A stretch of DNA of 64,000 nt, from sequence record MZ291552.2; one strand, given 5' to 3'. The DNA comes from Escherichia phage vB_EcoM-UFV09. A program made the translations under genes and the position numbers. A model generated the notes under the pieces. It searched no databases, was not told the origin of the DNA, and worked only from the letters and a program-made list of their open reading frames with translations. Shown here in pieces: positions 29,162 through 39,863 of this stretch (position 1 is its first letter; each line of letters opens with the position of its first letter).

Positions 29162-30121
29162 TCACTTCCACTGCATTTCACATGCTAACTGAATGAAAAG
29201 ATAAACTAGATGCAATTCAGTATTAGCTGCAATACCATGATACTGATTATTTTCGCCGACAATTTCGTACATACGAATAATACTCTGTGGAGTTACACGT
29301 GAATAGATTTCTTCGGCAAGTTTACCCACGAACCACGAATAATCGGCTGCATATTTTGGCGCTAAAGCTCTGAGTTGTTTAACATCTTTATTTTTGAGAG
29401 ACTCAAGAACATCATCAATAGCACCACGATCGTTAGTAACCAGTGATAAAATACCAGCATCCAAAACACCTTTAGATGAATAACTATCGAGCTCGCCAAT
29501 AGTTTTACGAAAATCAGGAAAATTCTTTTTAACCAAAGCTGCTACAACTTTCATATCAGCTATAGCAATTCCTTCATGCTTACAGATTTCAGTCAACCGA
29601 CGAATCATCTGCTTCATCATTTCAATTTTATCTTCATCGGTCGGTTGACCGAATGTGATAACTCGGCAGCGTGACTGAAGCGGTTTAATAATACCATCAA
29701 TATTGTTAGCAGTAATAATAATACTACAGTTTGAGCTGTAAGCTTCCATAAAGGAACGAAGATGTCGCTGAGACTCTGCTAATCCTGAACGGTCAAATTC
29801 ATCAATAACGATTACTTTTTGACGACCGTCAAATGAAGCTGCGCTAGCAAAATTAGTCAAAGGACCACGAACGAAATCAATTTTACAATCTGATCCATTC
29901 ACAAACATCATATCAGCATTTACATCATGGCACAATGCTTTTGCTACAGTTGTTTTACCTGTTCCTGGAGAAGGAGAATGAAGAATAATATGTGGAATCT
30001 TACCTTTACTTGTAATAGATTTAAAGGTTTCTTTATCAAAGGCGGGAAGAATACATTCATCGATAGTAGATGGACGATATTTCTGTTCAAGAATGTGTTC
30101 TTTTTCATTTACGGTAATCAT
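29162..30121 (-). CDS. 44: clamp loader large subunit (AAA+)
   Basis: Trimmed to MITVNEKEH... (319 aa); Walker A PGTGKTT. Confidence 0.9.
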   Translation of the reverse strand: MITVNEKEHILEQKYRPSTIDECILPAFDKETFKSITSKGKIPHIILHSPSPGTGKTTVAKALCHDVNADMMFVNGSDCKIDFVRGPLTNFASAASFDGRQKVIVIDEFDRSGLAESQRHLRSFMEAYSSNCSIIITANNIDGIIKPLQSRCRVITFGQPTDEDKIEMMKQMIRRLTEICKHEGIAIADMKVVAALVKKNFPDFRKTIGELDSYSSKGVLDAGILSLVTNDRGAIDDVLESLKNKDVKQLRALAPKYAADYSWFVGKLAEEIYSRVTPQSIIRMYEIVGENNQYHGIAANTELHLVYLFIQLACEMQWK

Positions 30122-30153
30122 AATTTCCTCATTCAAGTTTTAGTGTAAATTAT

Positions 30154-30167
30154 AAAGGGCCGAAGCC
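30154..30167 (-). terminator. stem-loop downstream of gene 45
   Basis: agggc-cgaa-gccct hairpin. Confidence 0.45.
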
Positions 30168-30172
30168 CTCTA

Positions 30173-30859
30173 TTAAAAATCGTGGGTAGAATCAGCTTCA
30201 AGAGCTACTACATAATTCGCGTGTTCACCTTCAAATTTAGCAGCACCTTGTTTACCTTTTGCCCAGAGCAGAAGTTTATAATTTCCTGGTTGCATTTTCA
30301 TATTTGCCATATTGATAATGAAATTAAATGTATTTTCACCATCATAATCACCAAGAGTCAAAGAATATTTAACACGGGTCAGAGCAGAATCTTCTACTTT
30401 ATTAAAACCGTTAATTACGATTTTACCTTCTTTTACCGTGATAGCAATTGTATCAATCTGCAGACCACGAGATACACGCAACAGTTGTTGAAGGTCTTCA
30501 GCTTTAATTTCAGTAACAACAGATGCTACCGGGAATGGAATTGGTTTATTAGGAGCAACTACTGTACTCGGATCGGCTGCTGGCCAAAAAATTGTTGAAC
30601 GGGCATCAGCAATTTTAATATTTCCATCTTCTGACTGGGAAATTTCTGCATCATCATTAACTAGAGACAGAATACCGAGAAAACCGTTCAAATCGTAAAT
30701 TGCTACATCAAAATCAATAACGTCAGAAATATTTGCTTCCGCATAAGTTGTACCATTAACTGCGCGAGTCATAATAAATTGACCGGATTTAAGCATAATA
30801 CCAGAGTTAATAGTAGCGAAATTTTTAAGCAGAGCAGTAGTATCTTTAGACAGTTTCAT
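30173..30859 (-). CDS. 45: sliding clamp
   Basis: 228 aa, T4 gp45 size and position. Confidence 0.9.
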   Translation of the reverse strand: MKLSKDTTALLKNFATINSGIMLKSGQFIMTRAVNGTTYAEANISDVIDFDVAIYDLNGFLGILSLVNDDAEISQSEDGNIKIADARSTIFWPAADPSTVVAPNKPIPFPVASVVTEIKAEDLQQLLRVSRGLQIDTIAITVKEGKIVINGFNKVEDSALTRVKYSLTLGDYDGENTFNFIINMANMKMQPGNYKLLLWAKGKQGAAKFEGEHANYVVALEADSTHDF

Positions 30860-30914
30860 GTAATTTCCTTCAATTCAAATGAGATTTAATTTTATAACTA
30901 ATTTAATAAAGCAA

Positions 30915-31304
30915 TTAACGATTAAAATCAGCCGCAATTGTTTCCACAACAATTTGAGCAGCAACAATTAGACGTTCATCTGCATTACCACAATAATCAT
31001 CTTCAAGGCGTTCACCGCATGAAGTCATAATAAATTTAGCACCGGCGTTTAGGGATTCTGTAGTATGTTTGCGCATTAGTTCAATCCATTTATTACTTAC
31101 TTCACGATCGATAGCTTCATAATACGCATGACGAGCAGGTGCAGATTTAATTTTGTTCTGAATAACTTCCATTGCGTTATCAGAAAGAGACAAAACCCAT
31201 GCTCGACGAATTTTATTTTGGTTTTGTGGATTTGATTCAGAACGCACGTGTTTTGGCTGAATATCTTTTACGTCAACAGTATAATTCACAGTAATTTTAG
31301 TCAT
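30915..31304 (-). CDS. rpbA: RNA polymerase-binding protein RpbA
   Basis: 129 aa, downstream of gene 45 as in T4. Confidence 0.6.
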   Translation of the reverse strand: MTKITVNYTVDVKDIQPKHVRSESNPQNQNKIRRAWVLSLSDNAMEVIQNKIKSAPARHAYYEAIDREVSNKWIELMRKHTTESLNAGAKFIMTSCGERLEDDYCGNADERLIVAAQIVVETIAADFNR

Positions 31305-31313
31305 AATACACCT

Positions 31314-31505
31314 TTAGTCATAATAATCAGTAACAGTCCAAGCTTCATTTCTATTGGACATTATTTTTGTATATTCTGCTTTAAATGCATTCCTAAGCAT
31401 AGATTCAGTAACTATATGCTCTTCATTAGAAAAATTATTTCTCAGAATATATCGTTTTATTTCAGGAATAGTTAATAGATGCTGTCCAGTTGAATATTCT
31501 GCCAC
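31314..31505 (-). CDS. small hypothetical protein (45.2 position)
   Basis: 63-aa ORF. Confidence 0.45.
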   Translation of the reverse strand: MAEYSTGQHLLTIPEIKRYILRNNFSNEEHIVTESMLRNAFKAEYTKIMSNRNEAWTVTDYYD

Positions 31506-31515
31506 AGTTCCTCCG

Positions 31516-31523
31516 TATAAATA
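31516..31523 (+). promoter_or_regulatory. late promoter TATAAATA on the plus strand
   Basis: Exact TATAAATA about 34 nt upstream of the plus-strand HNH gene start. Confidence 0.55.
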
Positions 31524-31556
31524 TGTTTATCACTCGCTGTATCAAAAGGATATGTT

Positions 31557-32273
31557 ATGAATTATAAACTAATTTATGAAAAGTTAATCTCTAATGCTAA
31601 ATCTCGAAAACTTGATTGCTATACTGAATCTCATCACATTATACCGCGCTGTTTAAATGGAAGTGATGATGCTTCAAACTTAGTAGATTTAACACCAGAA
31701 GAGCACTATGTAGCTCATCAACTTTTAGTAAAAATTTATCCTTCTGAACCAAAATTAGTCTATGCTGCTAACATGATGACAGTTTCTACGAAATACGCTA
31801 AACGCAACAATAAAACTTTCGGTTGGATTCGTCGTAAACTCTGGGAAATAGAAAAGAACAAAGAATTCTCCCAGGAGACACGAAAGAAAATGTCTGATGC
31901 AGTAGCTAATAAAGCAAGATTAACTTGTCCTCATTGCGGTAAGTCTGGATTAAGCGGAAATATGAATCGTTGGCATTTTGATAACTGCCCAAATCACCCT
32001 AATCCTAAAATTAGACCACCAATGTCTAAAGAACACAGAAATAATATCTCAAACGGGCTTAAAGCAATCGTTCTTGAAGAAACATCCTGCGAATTCTGCG
32101 GAATGATAGGCAAGAAATGCGTTATCGCAGCGCATAGAAATTTCTGCAAGAAAAATCCAAATGGACGCAAGAAAACTGAAAAGACTGGTACTTGCGTCCA
32201 TTGTGGTAAAGTTACCACTTTCGGAAATTTATCAAGATGGCATAATGATAACTGTAAATATAAACTTAGCTAA
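31557..32273 (+). CDS. free-standing HNH homing endonuclease with three zinc-finger-like repeats
   Basis: 238 aa; N-terminal HNH motif ESHHIIPRCLNGSDDASNLVDLTPEEHYVAHQ; three CxxCG...RWH.DNC-type repeats; opposite strand to its neighbours. Confidence 0.75.
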   Translation: MNYKLIYEKLISNAKSRKLDCYTESHHIIPRCLNGSDDASNLVDLTPEEHYVAHQLLVKIYPSEPKLVYAANMMTVSTKYAKRNNKTFGWIRRKLWEIEKNKEFSQETRKKMSDAVANKARLTCPHCGKSGLSGNMNRWHFDNCPNHPNPKIRPPMSKEHRNNISNGLKAIVLEETSCEFCGMIGKKCVIAAHRNFCKKNPNGRKKTEKTGTCVHCGKVTTFGNLSRWHNDNCKYKLS

Positions 32274-33954
32274 TCTTAGCTAAACTAAATCTACCAACTT
32301 TTTCCATCTGAATATGCTGACCATATTCTTGTGGGTCATGGTCTTTATGTGAAATTATGAAGAAGTTGGTATCCTTCAAACCATCTAAAATTTTAGCTAC
32401 ATTTTTAATACCTTCAGCATCAAATGCACCGTCATACACTTCATCAAGAAATAAACAACTTATTTTAACACCTGAAACTTTTTCAGCAATATCACGCCAA
32501 GTAAATAAAAGAGCAATATCAATTCGCGCTTTTTCACCTTGACTGAATGAAGCATAACTAAAATCTTCACGACCACGGGATTTAATTGTCTCATTAAATT
32601 CTTCATCTAATGTAAACACATAATCCGCTTCCATTATTTTAAGATAATGGTTAATCTGCTTATTAAATAATGGAATGTACTTTTTAATAATAGCACCTTT
32701 AATACCAGAATCTTTGAGCATATCAGTCAAAATTCCTCGGTGGTATTTTTCCATTACTAAATTAGTTTTTGTCTTAACAATTTTATCAAGTTCTTCTTGA
32801 AGCAGTGCTATTTCATCAGCATGGTCAATAAACTCAGAAGATGCTTTTTCTATAGCCGCTTTAACCTTTTTAGCTTTATCTACTGCTGCGATCAGAGATT
32901 GCTTTTTATTGCGAATATCATTTGCCAACGACTGCTGGGTTTTAATATTATCTCGGTATTCATCAACAAGAACTTTTAAATTATCACGATGTGTTGAAAG
33001 ATGTTCAAACGAATGCGTGCATTCAGAAACTTTATCTTTAATTTTAGAAACAACTTTATCACCGGAACTTAATTGTGACAAACAGGTTGGACATAATCCA
33101 CCTTCGTGATACATATTAATGACTTTATTATACGAGTCAATTTTTGATTTAATTAAAACTGCTTCTTGACCGATTTTATTAAATGCATCAGTCGGGTCTT
33201 CATCTAAAACAATATTAACTAATCTTTCATTAGCTTCTTCTATTTCCGATTTTAGCGTTCTAGCTTCTTTTGCCAAATCATCATACATATTTTGAAGACG
33301 AGTAAGGTTGTCACCCGTTAATTTTTTCTGGCGTTCAACGTTATCATTATATATTTTAATTTGTTGGATAATACTATCTTTTTTAACATCAAGCACTTGG
33401 TTTTGTGAATTTAATTCACGTATTAGTGCTTTATTAAGCTTATCCATTTCAGCTAATGTTCCTACCTCGAGCAGGTCTTCCACAAGCTTTCTTCGCGCAG
33501 GGGTCGACAAACCCATGAAAGGGGTATACCCTGCTGTACCAAGGACAACAATCTGCTTGAAACTGGCATATGACATTCCGATAAGCTGTTCAAATTCTGC
33601 TTGGAAATCTTTACTGCTGGCAGATTCATTAAGACGTGTACCGTTAACGGTGATTTCGAAAACGTTTGGTTTTTGTCCTCTTTTGATATAATACTTTTTC
33701 TCATCATATTCCATCCACAGTTCAACTAAAAGTTCTTTCTTATTTGTGCTGTTTATTAATTGACCTTTCTTTACATCACGAAATGGCTTGCCAAAAAGCC
33801 CAAATGTGATGGCTTCTAACATAGTAGACTTACCACCGCCATTTCGTCCAGTAATAAGAGTTTTTTGAACCTTATCTAATTGAATGTCAATAGGATTTCC
33901 ACCTACTGACATTATATTTTGATACCTAACTCGGTTTAGTTTAAAATTCTTCAC
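32266..33954 (-). CDS. 46: recombination nuclease subunit (Rad50/SbcC-like ATPase)
   Basis: 562 aa; Walker A GRNGGGKST, coiled-coil middle, CPTC zinc hook, Walker B LFLDE. Confidence 0.9.
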   Translation of the reverse strand: MKNFKLNRVRYQNIMSVGGNPIDIQLDKVQKTLITGRNGGGKSTMLEAITFGLFGKPFRDVKKGQLINSTNKKELLVELWMEYDEKKYYIKRGQKPNVFEITVNGTRLNESASSKDFQAEFEQLIGMSYASFKQIVVLGTAGYTPFMGLSTPARRKLVEDLLEVGTLAEMDKLNKALIRELNSQNQVLDVKKDSIIQQIKIYNDNVERQKKLTGDNLTRLQNMYDDLAKEARTLKSEIEEANERLVNIVLDEDPTDAFNKIGQEAVLIKSKIDSYNKVINMYHEGGLCPTCLSQLSSGDKVVSKIKDKVSECTHSFEHLSTHRDNLKVLVDEYRDNIKTQQSLANDIRNKKQSLIAAVDKAKKVKAAIEKASSEFIDHADEIALLQEELDKIVKTKTNLVMEKYHRGILTDMLKDSGIKGAIIKKYIPLFNKQINHYLKIMEADYVFTLDEEFNETIKSRGREDFSYASFSQGEKARIDIALLFTWRDIAEKVSGVKISCLFLDEVYDGAFDAEGIKNVAKILDGLKDTNFFIISHKDHDPQEYGQHIQMEKVGRFSLAKIS

Positions 33955-34214
33955 AAAAGATTCCTTTTAATGTATCTTTTAGACCATTCTATCATATCAT
34001 CATAATCTAAAAAGTATTCATCAAATTCAGCCATGCAAACAACACCTTGTGCTGCTTTTGATGTGATATAAATTATTCCAACATATCTAGAATCTTCTTC
34101 GGTATAATCAATATTTGCTATGAATTCATCATTAATGTCAAATGTCGAAAACTTCACAGTATGCATCCTTAATACAAGATACAGCCATATCTTGTAATGA
34201 TTTAGGTGTATCAT
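33951..34214 (-). CDS. hypothetical protein (46.1 position)
   Basis: 87-aa ORF. Confidence 0.4.
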   Translation of the reverse strand: MIHLNHYKIWLYLVLRMHTVKFSTFDINDEFIANIDYTEEDSRYVGIIYITSKAAQGVVCMAEFDEYFLDYDDMIEWSKRYIKRNLL

Positions 34215-34401
34215 TATCTAAAATGTTGAAGTTAAAAGATACAGCCCAATCTGTACAGACCGTAACCTTTTTAATACAATTATCTTCAACCTCTAACGGT
34301 TCAAACCAATATTCAATAATTTCTTTATGCCCAATATCATCTTTTACTTCGCATTCAAAATGCTGACTCATCATAACATTTTTAAATTCATCAAAAGTCA
34401 T
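34138..34401 (-). CDS. hypothetical protein (46.2 position)
   Basis: 87-aa ORF. Confidence 0.4.
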   Translation of the reverse strand: MTFDEFKNVMMSQHFECEVKDDIGHKEIIEYWFEPLEVEDNCIKKVTVCTDWAVSFNFNILDNDTPKSLQDMAVSCIKDAYCEVFDI

Positions 34402-35417
34402 TGTGTTGCCTCTACATATAGCTGGTTTGCATATTGAATAAGTGCTTCACGATCAGAATCAGTGATGTCTGGAATTGCATTAATGTATTCTTCCATCAAC
34501 GTCTGAAGAGATTGAACTTCAACTTCTTCACTGTCATCTGACTCGACAGAGTTATCAATTTTTGACACAACTCGTAATGAATGCACAACTTTTTCTAGTT
34601 CAGATTCGAACTTCGTCAGATTTTTGTCTACTTCAGTTACTATAACACGTACTGATAGATTTGTAAAATCTTTATAGTCAATTTTTCCTTTAAATGGATA
34701 ATGAATTCTACGATGCCAGGTAGTATTGTTTGGAATAAATTCCATTCGTTCTGTTTCTGTATCAAACATCCAGAACCCACGAGGGTCATTCTCGTCACCT
34801 GCAGTTAGTGTCCATGGTGTCCCAATATATCTGACGTTAGCAGCCTCAGAGATAGTATGGAAGTGACCAGACCACACTTCTTTATAAGTCTTAAGGAAAT
34901 CAGGTTCAAGACCATGAGATTTCATTCCTTTATAAAAATAAAATCCGTTCAGTTCCCAGTGACCGACGCAAAAAGAAGCAGATGAAGTTTTGATGTGCTC
35001 AAGAATTTCACCAGTATTTTCTTCACACATCCAAGGAATTAAATCAATTAAACATCCGTCAAAATCTACTGTAGTAGGCTTATCATATACTTTAACATTA
35101 GGATATTTAGCCAAAAGCTCAGTAGAAGCATTTGGATGCATTACATTTTTATAGTGGAGATCGTGATTTCCTACAATAGTATGTAGGGTAATACCAGCAT
35201 CATCAAGCATTTGAACTATTTCACGGGCAAACTCCATAGTTTTATGCGTGATCGCTTTTCGCACATCAAAAATATCACCGTATTGAATCCAAGTAGTAAT
35301 TCCATTTTTCTTAGAATATTCTATCGCTTGCTTAATTCCATCAATTTGAATACCGCGAATCCACTCATCATCGGCTTTAACGCCTAAATGCCAATCACCT
35401 AAATTTAAAATTTTCAT
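34398..35417 (-). CDS. 47: recombination nuclease subunit (Mre11/SbcD-like phosphoesterase)
   Basis: 339 aa; calcineurin-like motifs GDWH, GNHD, GHxH. Confidence 0.9.
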   Translation of the reverse strand: MKILNLGDWHLGVKADDEWIRGIQIDGIKQAIEYSKKNGITTWIQYGDIFDVRKAITHKTMEFAREIVQMLDDAGITLHTIVGNHDLHYKNVMHPNASTELLAKYPNVKVYDKPTTVDFDGCLIDLIPWMCEENTGEILEHIKTSSASFCVGHWELNGFYFYKGMKSHGLEPDFLKTYKEVWSGHFHTISEAANVRYIGTPWTLTAGDENDPRGFWMFDTETERMEFIPNNTTWHRRIHYPFKGKIDYKDFTNLSVRVIVTEVDKNLTKFESELEKVVHSLRVVSKIDNSVESDDSEEVEVQSLQTLMEEYINAIPDITDSDREALIQYANQLYVEATQ

Positions 35418-35569
35418 ATATCAAGAACCGTCATTGAAATGCAAAATAAAATTATTGAAATAAAACCATCTGGAGTACTAAAGAATCCAACCCAACACGC
35501 TCTAGTGAAAAGATAAAACGCGAGAAAAAGTATCACATATCCAAGAAATATCATTATATCAAACTCCAT
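35414..35569 (-). CDS. small hydrophobic micro-protein (47.1 position)
   Basis: 51-aa ORF not in the track, hand-translated: MEFDIMIFLGYVILFLAFYLF...; stop overlaps the gene 47 ATG. Confidence 0.35.
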   Translation of the reverse strand: MEFDIMIFLGYVILFLAFYLFTRACWVGFFSTPDGFISIILFCISMTVLDI

Positions 35570-35593
35570 ATAAAGCTAAAGGGCCGAAGCCCT

Positions 35594-36796
35594 TTATTTT
35601 GTAATAATGTCAAACTGCTCTTTAAAGCAGAAGCTTGAATCTTGGTGCTGATACAAAAATTCATAAGCTTTTTCGCGTTCACGGTCATAAAGAGTTCGGT
35701 CAGATGACAGTTCTTTAATACGTTCAAATGTTGATTCCATGTCATTTTCATCAAACCAAATGATACCGCTATCATGCGAGGTCAAAGGAGTATTATCAAC
35801 ACGGAATTTTAAATTTTCGCCTGTAGATTTCCAAAATACCGGAATTGTTCCACATGCACCAAGCTCGAGATGAGTATATTCTAAAGAACGTTGTAGATAT
35901 TTTTTGTCCAACTTACTCAGCTGATAACCAAATCCGGATTTACTCATGCGTTCAAGCATTTCGCTATTTACATAACGGTCAAGAATTTGCGTTGGCAAAT
36001 TAGGAGCAATTTTAATTTGGTCTACTTGATGAAGACGATAATACTCGTATGGAATTCCTTTTTCTTTAATAGGAATGAACGCTGGAGAACGTTCCAGACC
36101 TTCCATAATAGTACTTAGTCCTGCAGGTTTAAGATGTTTTTCATGAAAATCAAACATCTGATAAAAACCTTTCCACGTAGTAGTACGACCAATCCAACGA
36201 TTGATATTCATGTTAATTTCAGAAACATCTTTCCAGTAGGTTGATCGAACCTTTGCAATATCCATCGGAGGCTGAAAGTTATATACTGTCGGTGCTTCTT
36301 CAATATCATCAAACAGAGAAACTGTTTCAGGATACCATTCTTTCATCAGAACTTTATTAAAATCGCCATTATCAGAATGGCTAAAAATAACATCAGCTCG
36401 ACGAACAGTTTCTTCTAATCCCAAATTTCGACGCAAAGAAAGAGAAGAATGGTCATGTTGATAAACTACAACACGAACAGAAGGTTTAATGTTATCAATA
36501 ATTTTTTTATAGTTATTAATAGTGTCTTCTTCAACTGAAGTAGCAGGAACTGAATTGATAATTAGAATATCACAATCATTTACCAGCTTAAGTGTTTTAT
36601 CGTATTCTTTTGCCAATAAAACCGGAATTGAAAATGATTTATAATCATGCGCGCAATTACGAGTAAATGATTTATCTTTAGCATAAACCAAAGTTACTTC
36701 ATGACCATTTTTAATAAACCAATCACGTTGCTCAAGAGAAAATTTAGTTACACCACAACCTTCAAGACCTCGAGCCATAAAAATACATACTTTCAT
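35594..36796 (-). CDS. agt: DNA alpha-glucosyltransferase
   Basis: 400 aa; N-terminus M.ICIFMARGLEGCGVTKFS matches recalled T4 alpha-gt. Confidence 0.9.
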   Translation of the reverse strand: MKVCIFMARGLEGCGVTKFSLEQRDWFIKNGHEVTLVYAKDKSFTRNCAHDYKSFSIPVLLAKEYDKTLKLVNDCDILIINSVPATSVEEDTINNYKKIIDNIKPSVRVVVYQHDHSSLSLRRNLGLEETVRRADVIFSHSDNGDFNKVLMKEWYPETVSLFDDIEEAPTVYNFQPPMDIAKVRSTYWKDVSEINMNINRWIGRTTTWKGFYQMFDFHEKHLKPAGLSTIMEGLERSPAFIPIKEKGIPYEYYRLHQVDQIKIAPNLPTQILDRYVNSEMLERMSKSGFGYQLSKLDKKYLQRSLEYTHLELGACGTIPVFWKSTGENLKFRVDNTPLTSHDSGIIWFDENDMESTFERIKELSSDRTLYDREREKAYEFLYQHQDSSFCFKEQFDIITK

Positions 36797-37036
36797 TTAA
36801 TATCCTCTTTGTTTTGGTTTATTTTACCAAAAATTTATAAAGCAATATAGGAGCCGAAGCTCCTATCCGCATAATACACCATACAAAGGCTCATTAGAGC
36901 TTCTAAATTTTATGCGCTTATATGTTATAGTTCCTTCTGCTTTAGCTTTATCATGAGACTCTTTAAAGCGTCTCATCATTTCCTTTTTAGAGGAACGAAT
37001 TTTATAATCTATTTCAGAAGTCTGGGTGTTCATCTT

Positions 37037-37243
37037 TCATAACTGCCACCATTTTTTGACTTGATAAGAATCAACCCACACTTTCATATTAGGGTCTGCT
37101 CTTACAATAGGAGGATTAACTTCTTTAATTGAACTATCATGGTATTCTTTTTCAGAAATTTTCACACAAAGATGACCATTCAAAGATTCAGTAAATCCTG
37201 CATTAATTTTAAGACGCTTGAATTTTACGTGTGTAAGCATCAA
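37037..37243 (-). CDS. small hypothetical protein
   Basis: 68-aa ORF between alpha-gt and 55. Confidence 0.4.
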   Translation of the reverse strand: MMLTHVKFKRLKINAGFTESLNGHLCVKISEKEYHDSSIKEVNPPIVRADPNMKVWVDSYQVKKWWQL

Positions 37244-37526
37244 TCATATCCTCAATCTGCGATCTAGTAGTCTTCCAAAGAATACTAATGAGTTCATCGT
37301 TATATGGCTGTTTTAGAATATCCCGACTTTTCTTGATAGCATATTCGTATTGAGCAAAATTATTATTTTCAGCTGCAATCTGAGCGTGCTTATAAAGACG
37401 ATTCAGTTCGCGTTTGTTTTTAGACAATAACTTATTTGCTTTTCTTTCTGCTTCAAGACGGTTCTTTTCTTCAATAGAAGAAATAAGCTTTTCCACTTCA
37501 TCATTAATTTCGGGTTTATCAGTCAT
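37209..37526 (-). CDS. hypothetical protein
   Basis: 105-aa ORF. Confidence 0.4.
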   Translation of the reverse strand: MTDKPEINDEVEKLISSIEEKNRLEAERKANKLLSKNKRELNRLYKHAQIAAENNNFAQYEYAIKKSRDILKQPYNDELISILWKTTRSQIEDMIDAYTRKIQAS

Positions 37527-37527
37527 A

Positions 37528-37746
37528 TTATTTCTCTAATATAAAATAAAAATCATCATCTGTTAAATGATACCGATAGTTTAATTCTACACCATTAGAT
37601 TTAAAAGCGGTATCATACGGATTTTCTGGATCAATATCAATGTCAAGAGCTAAAACTTCCCTGAGATACATTTTAAGTAAATAGGGAATAGCTTCAACTT
37701 CAGGTATTTCTTCCAAGAATCCGGAGAGGTTAATCGTTAGCCTCAT
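37528..37746 (-). CDS. small hypothetical protein
   Basis: 72-aa ORF. Confidence 0.4.
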
Positions 37747-38287
37747 ATAAAAAATCCAAACTAGGAGAATCGTCTACAACACTTTTCTTTTCAGCCCCCG
37801 GTGTTCTATAGGTTGATTCTTCGTAATGCGTCATTTTATCGTAGATGTCTTGAATAAAAGTTTCATCTACTAACGCAACCATATCGTCGTCACGGCTGTC
37901 ATAGACATTGTGAACGAAGTAACTATATTTCTTTGCAACTTCCTTACGTTCTTTTTTAATACGTTGGACGAATGCATTAAAACAAGCTTGAGTTATATAC
38001 GCATGTGGGTTTTTATATTTCGTTTCATCAAAATTATGAAGCCCCTTAATAGAAGCTTCTATACCATCTGCAATCATTTCTTGTTTCCAAGATTGGGTGT
38101 ATCCTGAAAAGTTGAAACGTTTAGATAAGCCTTCTGCAATAAGCATAATGGCTAATCCGATAGTATCATTCTGACGAACTACTTTATTTGGGTCTTTATT
38201 ATTTGCTAATTCTGTTTTCCAATCAATAATAGCTTGTAAAAGCTCTTTATTGTTTACGTAATTATATTTAGGCTTAGTTTCTGACAT
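37730..38287 (-). CDS. 55: late-transcription sigma factor gp55
   Basis: Trimmed to [17 protein letters not shown]... (185 aa); matches recalled T4 gp55. Confidence 0.9.
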
Positions 38288-38365
38288 TTTCACCTCTTAG
38301 CTCAATTCATAGATCTATTATATCATAATATTTGAAGATCTATCTTAAAGCATAGAGGATATCAG

Positions 38366-38635
38366 TTATCTAAGTAAACAGTATGCTTGGAACACTTTCT
38401 CCATCATCTTTTTAAATTCATGAATATCTATATAATGACTAGTTAGATCAGCATGATATAAAAAGTCTAAAAACTTTTCATGTGTACTAACATATTCGCT
38501 TTCATTTAATTCAGAAACATGGCTTTCCCAATATCCAACACCAGTCTTATTTGGGAAAAATGAAATTTTCATGTATTGGTCAACATAGAAAATGCCATAA
38601 TTTTCAATAGTAATAGAAATATTAATAAATTTCAT
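38366..38635 (-). CDS. small hypothetical protein
   Basis: 89-aa ORF. Confidence 0.4.
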   Translation of the reverse strand: MKFINISITIENYGIFYVDQYMKISFFPNKTGVGYWESHVSELNESEYVSTHEKFLDFLYHADLTSHYIDIHEFKKMMEKVFQAYCLLR

Positions 38636-38847
38636 ACATTCATCAACTTAGCCGCTTCAAGAGCTGCATCTAGTGAATCAAATTGGTCAACATATTCAAT
38701 CAATTCGCCGTAATTAGCGTATAACCACCATTGACTGAATTCATATTCAAGGATAAATCCATTTCCCTCAATTTGAGTTAAACCATTGCCGTTTGTATTT
38801 ACTTCATATCCGGCAAGACGCAAATCGTTAATAAGAGCTTCGTTCAT
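38632..38847 (-). CDS. small hypothetical protein
   Basis: 71-aa ORF. Confidence 0.4.
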   Translation of the reverse strand: MNEALINDLRLAGYEVNTNGNGLTQIEGNGFILEYEFSQWWLYANYGELIEYVDQFDSLDAALEAAKLMNV

Positions 38848-38849
38848 AA

Positions 38850-39176
38850 TTATACCTTAGTAATTTTCAGGTCTGCAAATTTTTTCTTGCGTTGATTTTT
38901 CATGCGACGAATAGTTTTATCGGAAATTTCATGCTTTTGATAAGCTTTAGATTCTACACCGAAAGCTTTAACATCAAATTCTGACAAGATATATTGAACC
39001 AACAATTCGCGGATAGTGTTGCGTCCAATCTTCTGATCATTCTGTTTCATCGTCTGATGAAGCTCTTTTTCCCATTTATCCAAAATTTGAGGAGTTACAA
39101 TATCGCCTTTTTCTAACAAAGAAACTACTTTATCATATGCGTAAGAATTGATGGCGTTTTTAATTTGAATAGTCAT
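38850..39176 (-). CDS. hypothetical protein
   Basis: 108-aa ORF. Confidence 0.4.
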   Translation of the reverse strand: MTIQIKNAINSYAYDKVVSLLEKGDIVTPQILDKWEKELHQTMKQNDQKIGRNTIRELLVQYILSEFDVKAFGVESKAYQKHEISDKTIRRMKNQRKKKFADLKITKV

Positions 39177-39229
39177 ACATTATCCTCAATTGCATTAAAA
39201 TTTTATTATCCAAAAAAGGGCCGAAGCCC

Positions 39230-39430
39230 TTAGCTAAACTTTTTGGCACCCTTCCAGCCTTCGTACATCATTGCGGCTGATATTAATATTGCTCCTGAGC
39301 AACTTGAATATTTGTGATTCCAAAACCAGTTTAGAAAAACTTCGTCATCAATACCTTGGGCTATCATATTTTCAAAGAACTGACGACGAGATTCGGCAAT
39401 TCGTTGCGATAATTTAGATTCAGGATTCAT
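39230..39430 (-). CDS. small hypothetical protein
   Basis: 66-aa ORF followed by an agggc-cgaa-gccct hairpin at about 39216-39232. Confidence 0.4.
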   Translation of the reverse strand: MNPESKLSQRIAESRRQFFENMIAQGIDDEVFLNWFWNHKYSSCSGAILISAAMMYEGWKGAKKFS

Positions 39431-39646
39431 TTAAATTTTCCAGTTACCATTTTCATCAATAAATTTAATCCAGTCATTTACTGACCACTTAGTTGTATCA
39501 CCTTTTGGAGTAACATTTAAAGTATATAACCCCTGCTTAAAAAGCATTCGTTTGATATTCATATTTTCCTCAGCTGTAACGATAACACTCGTTTGATTTA
39601 CGTTTAGCAACTCGTTGAGAAGTATTATAATCAAAATCATCGTCAA
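39431..39646 (-). CDS. small hypothetical protein
   Basis: 71-aa ORF. Confidence 0.35.
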   Translation of the reverse strand: MTMILIIILLNELLNVNQTSVIVTAEENMNIKRMLFKQGLYTLNVTPKGDTTKWSVNDWIKFIDENGNWKI

Positions 39647-39863
39647 TGTAAACTGATTTTTTCAACTTTCTTACTTCACCACGCAGTTGACGATTTAACT
39701 CATCTTTAACTTCTGAATCAATACCTTTCATTCTACGCCATTTATCTGAGCGAAAAATGTTTTCAACCATATCTTTATGACTTACACCATCAGGAGCTTT
39801 ACGCTTTCCGAAATAGTCATAATCACGTACTTTTAAATCTCTACGACGATACGTTTTACCCAT
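39570..39863 (-). CDS. basic hypothetical protein
   Basis: Trimmed to MGKTYRRRDLKV... (~97 aa). Confidence 0.4.
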   Translation of the reverse strand: MGKTYRRRDLKVRDYDYFGKRKAPDGVSHKDMVENIFRSDKWRRMKGIDSEVKDELNRQLRGEVRKLKKSVYIDDDFDYNTSQRVAKRKSNECYRYS

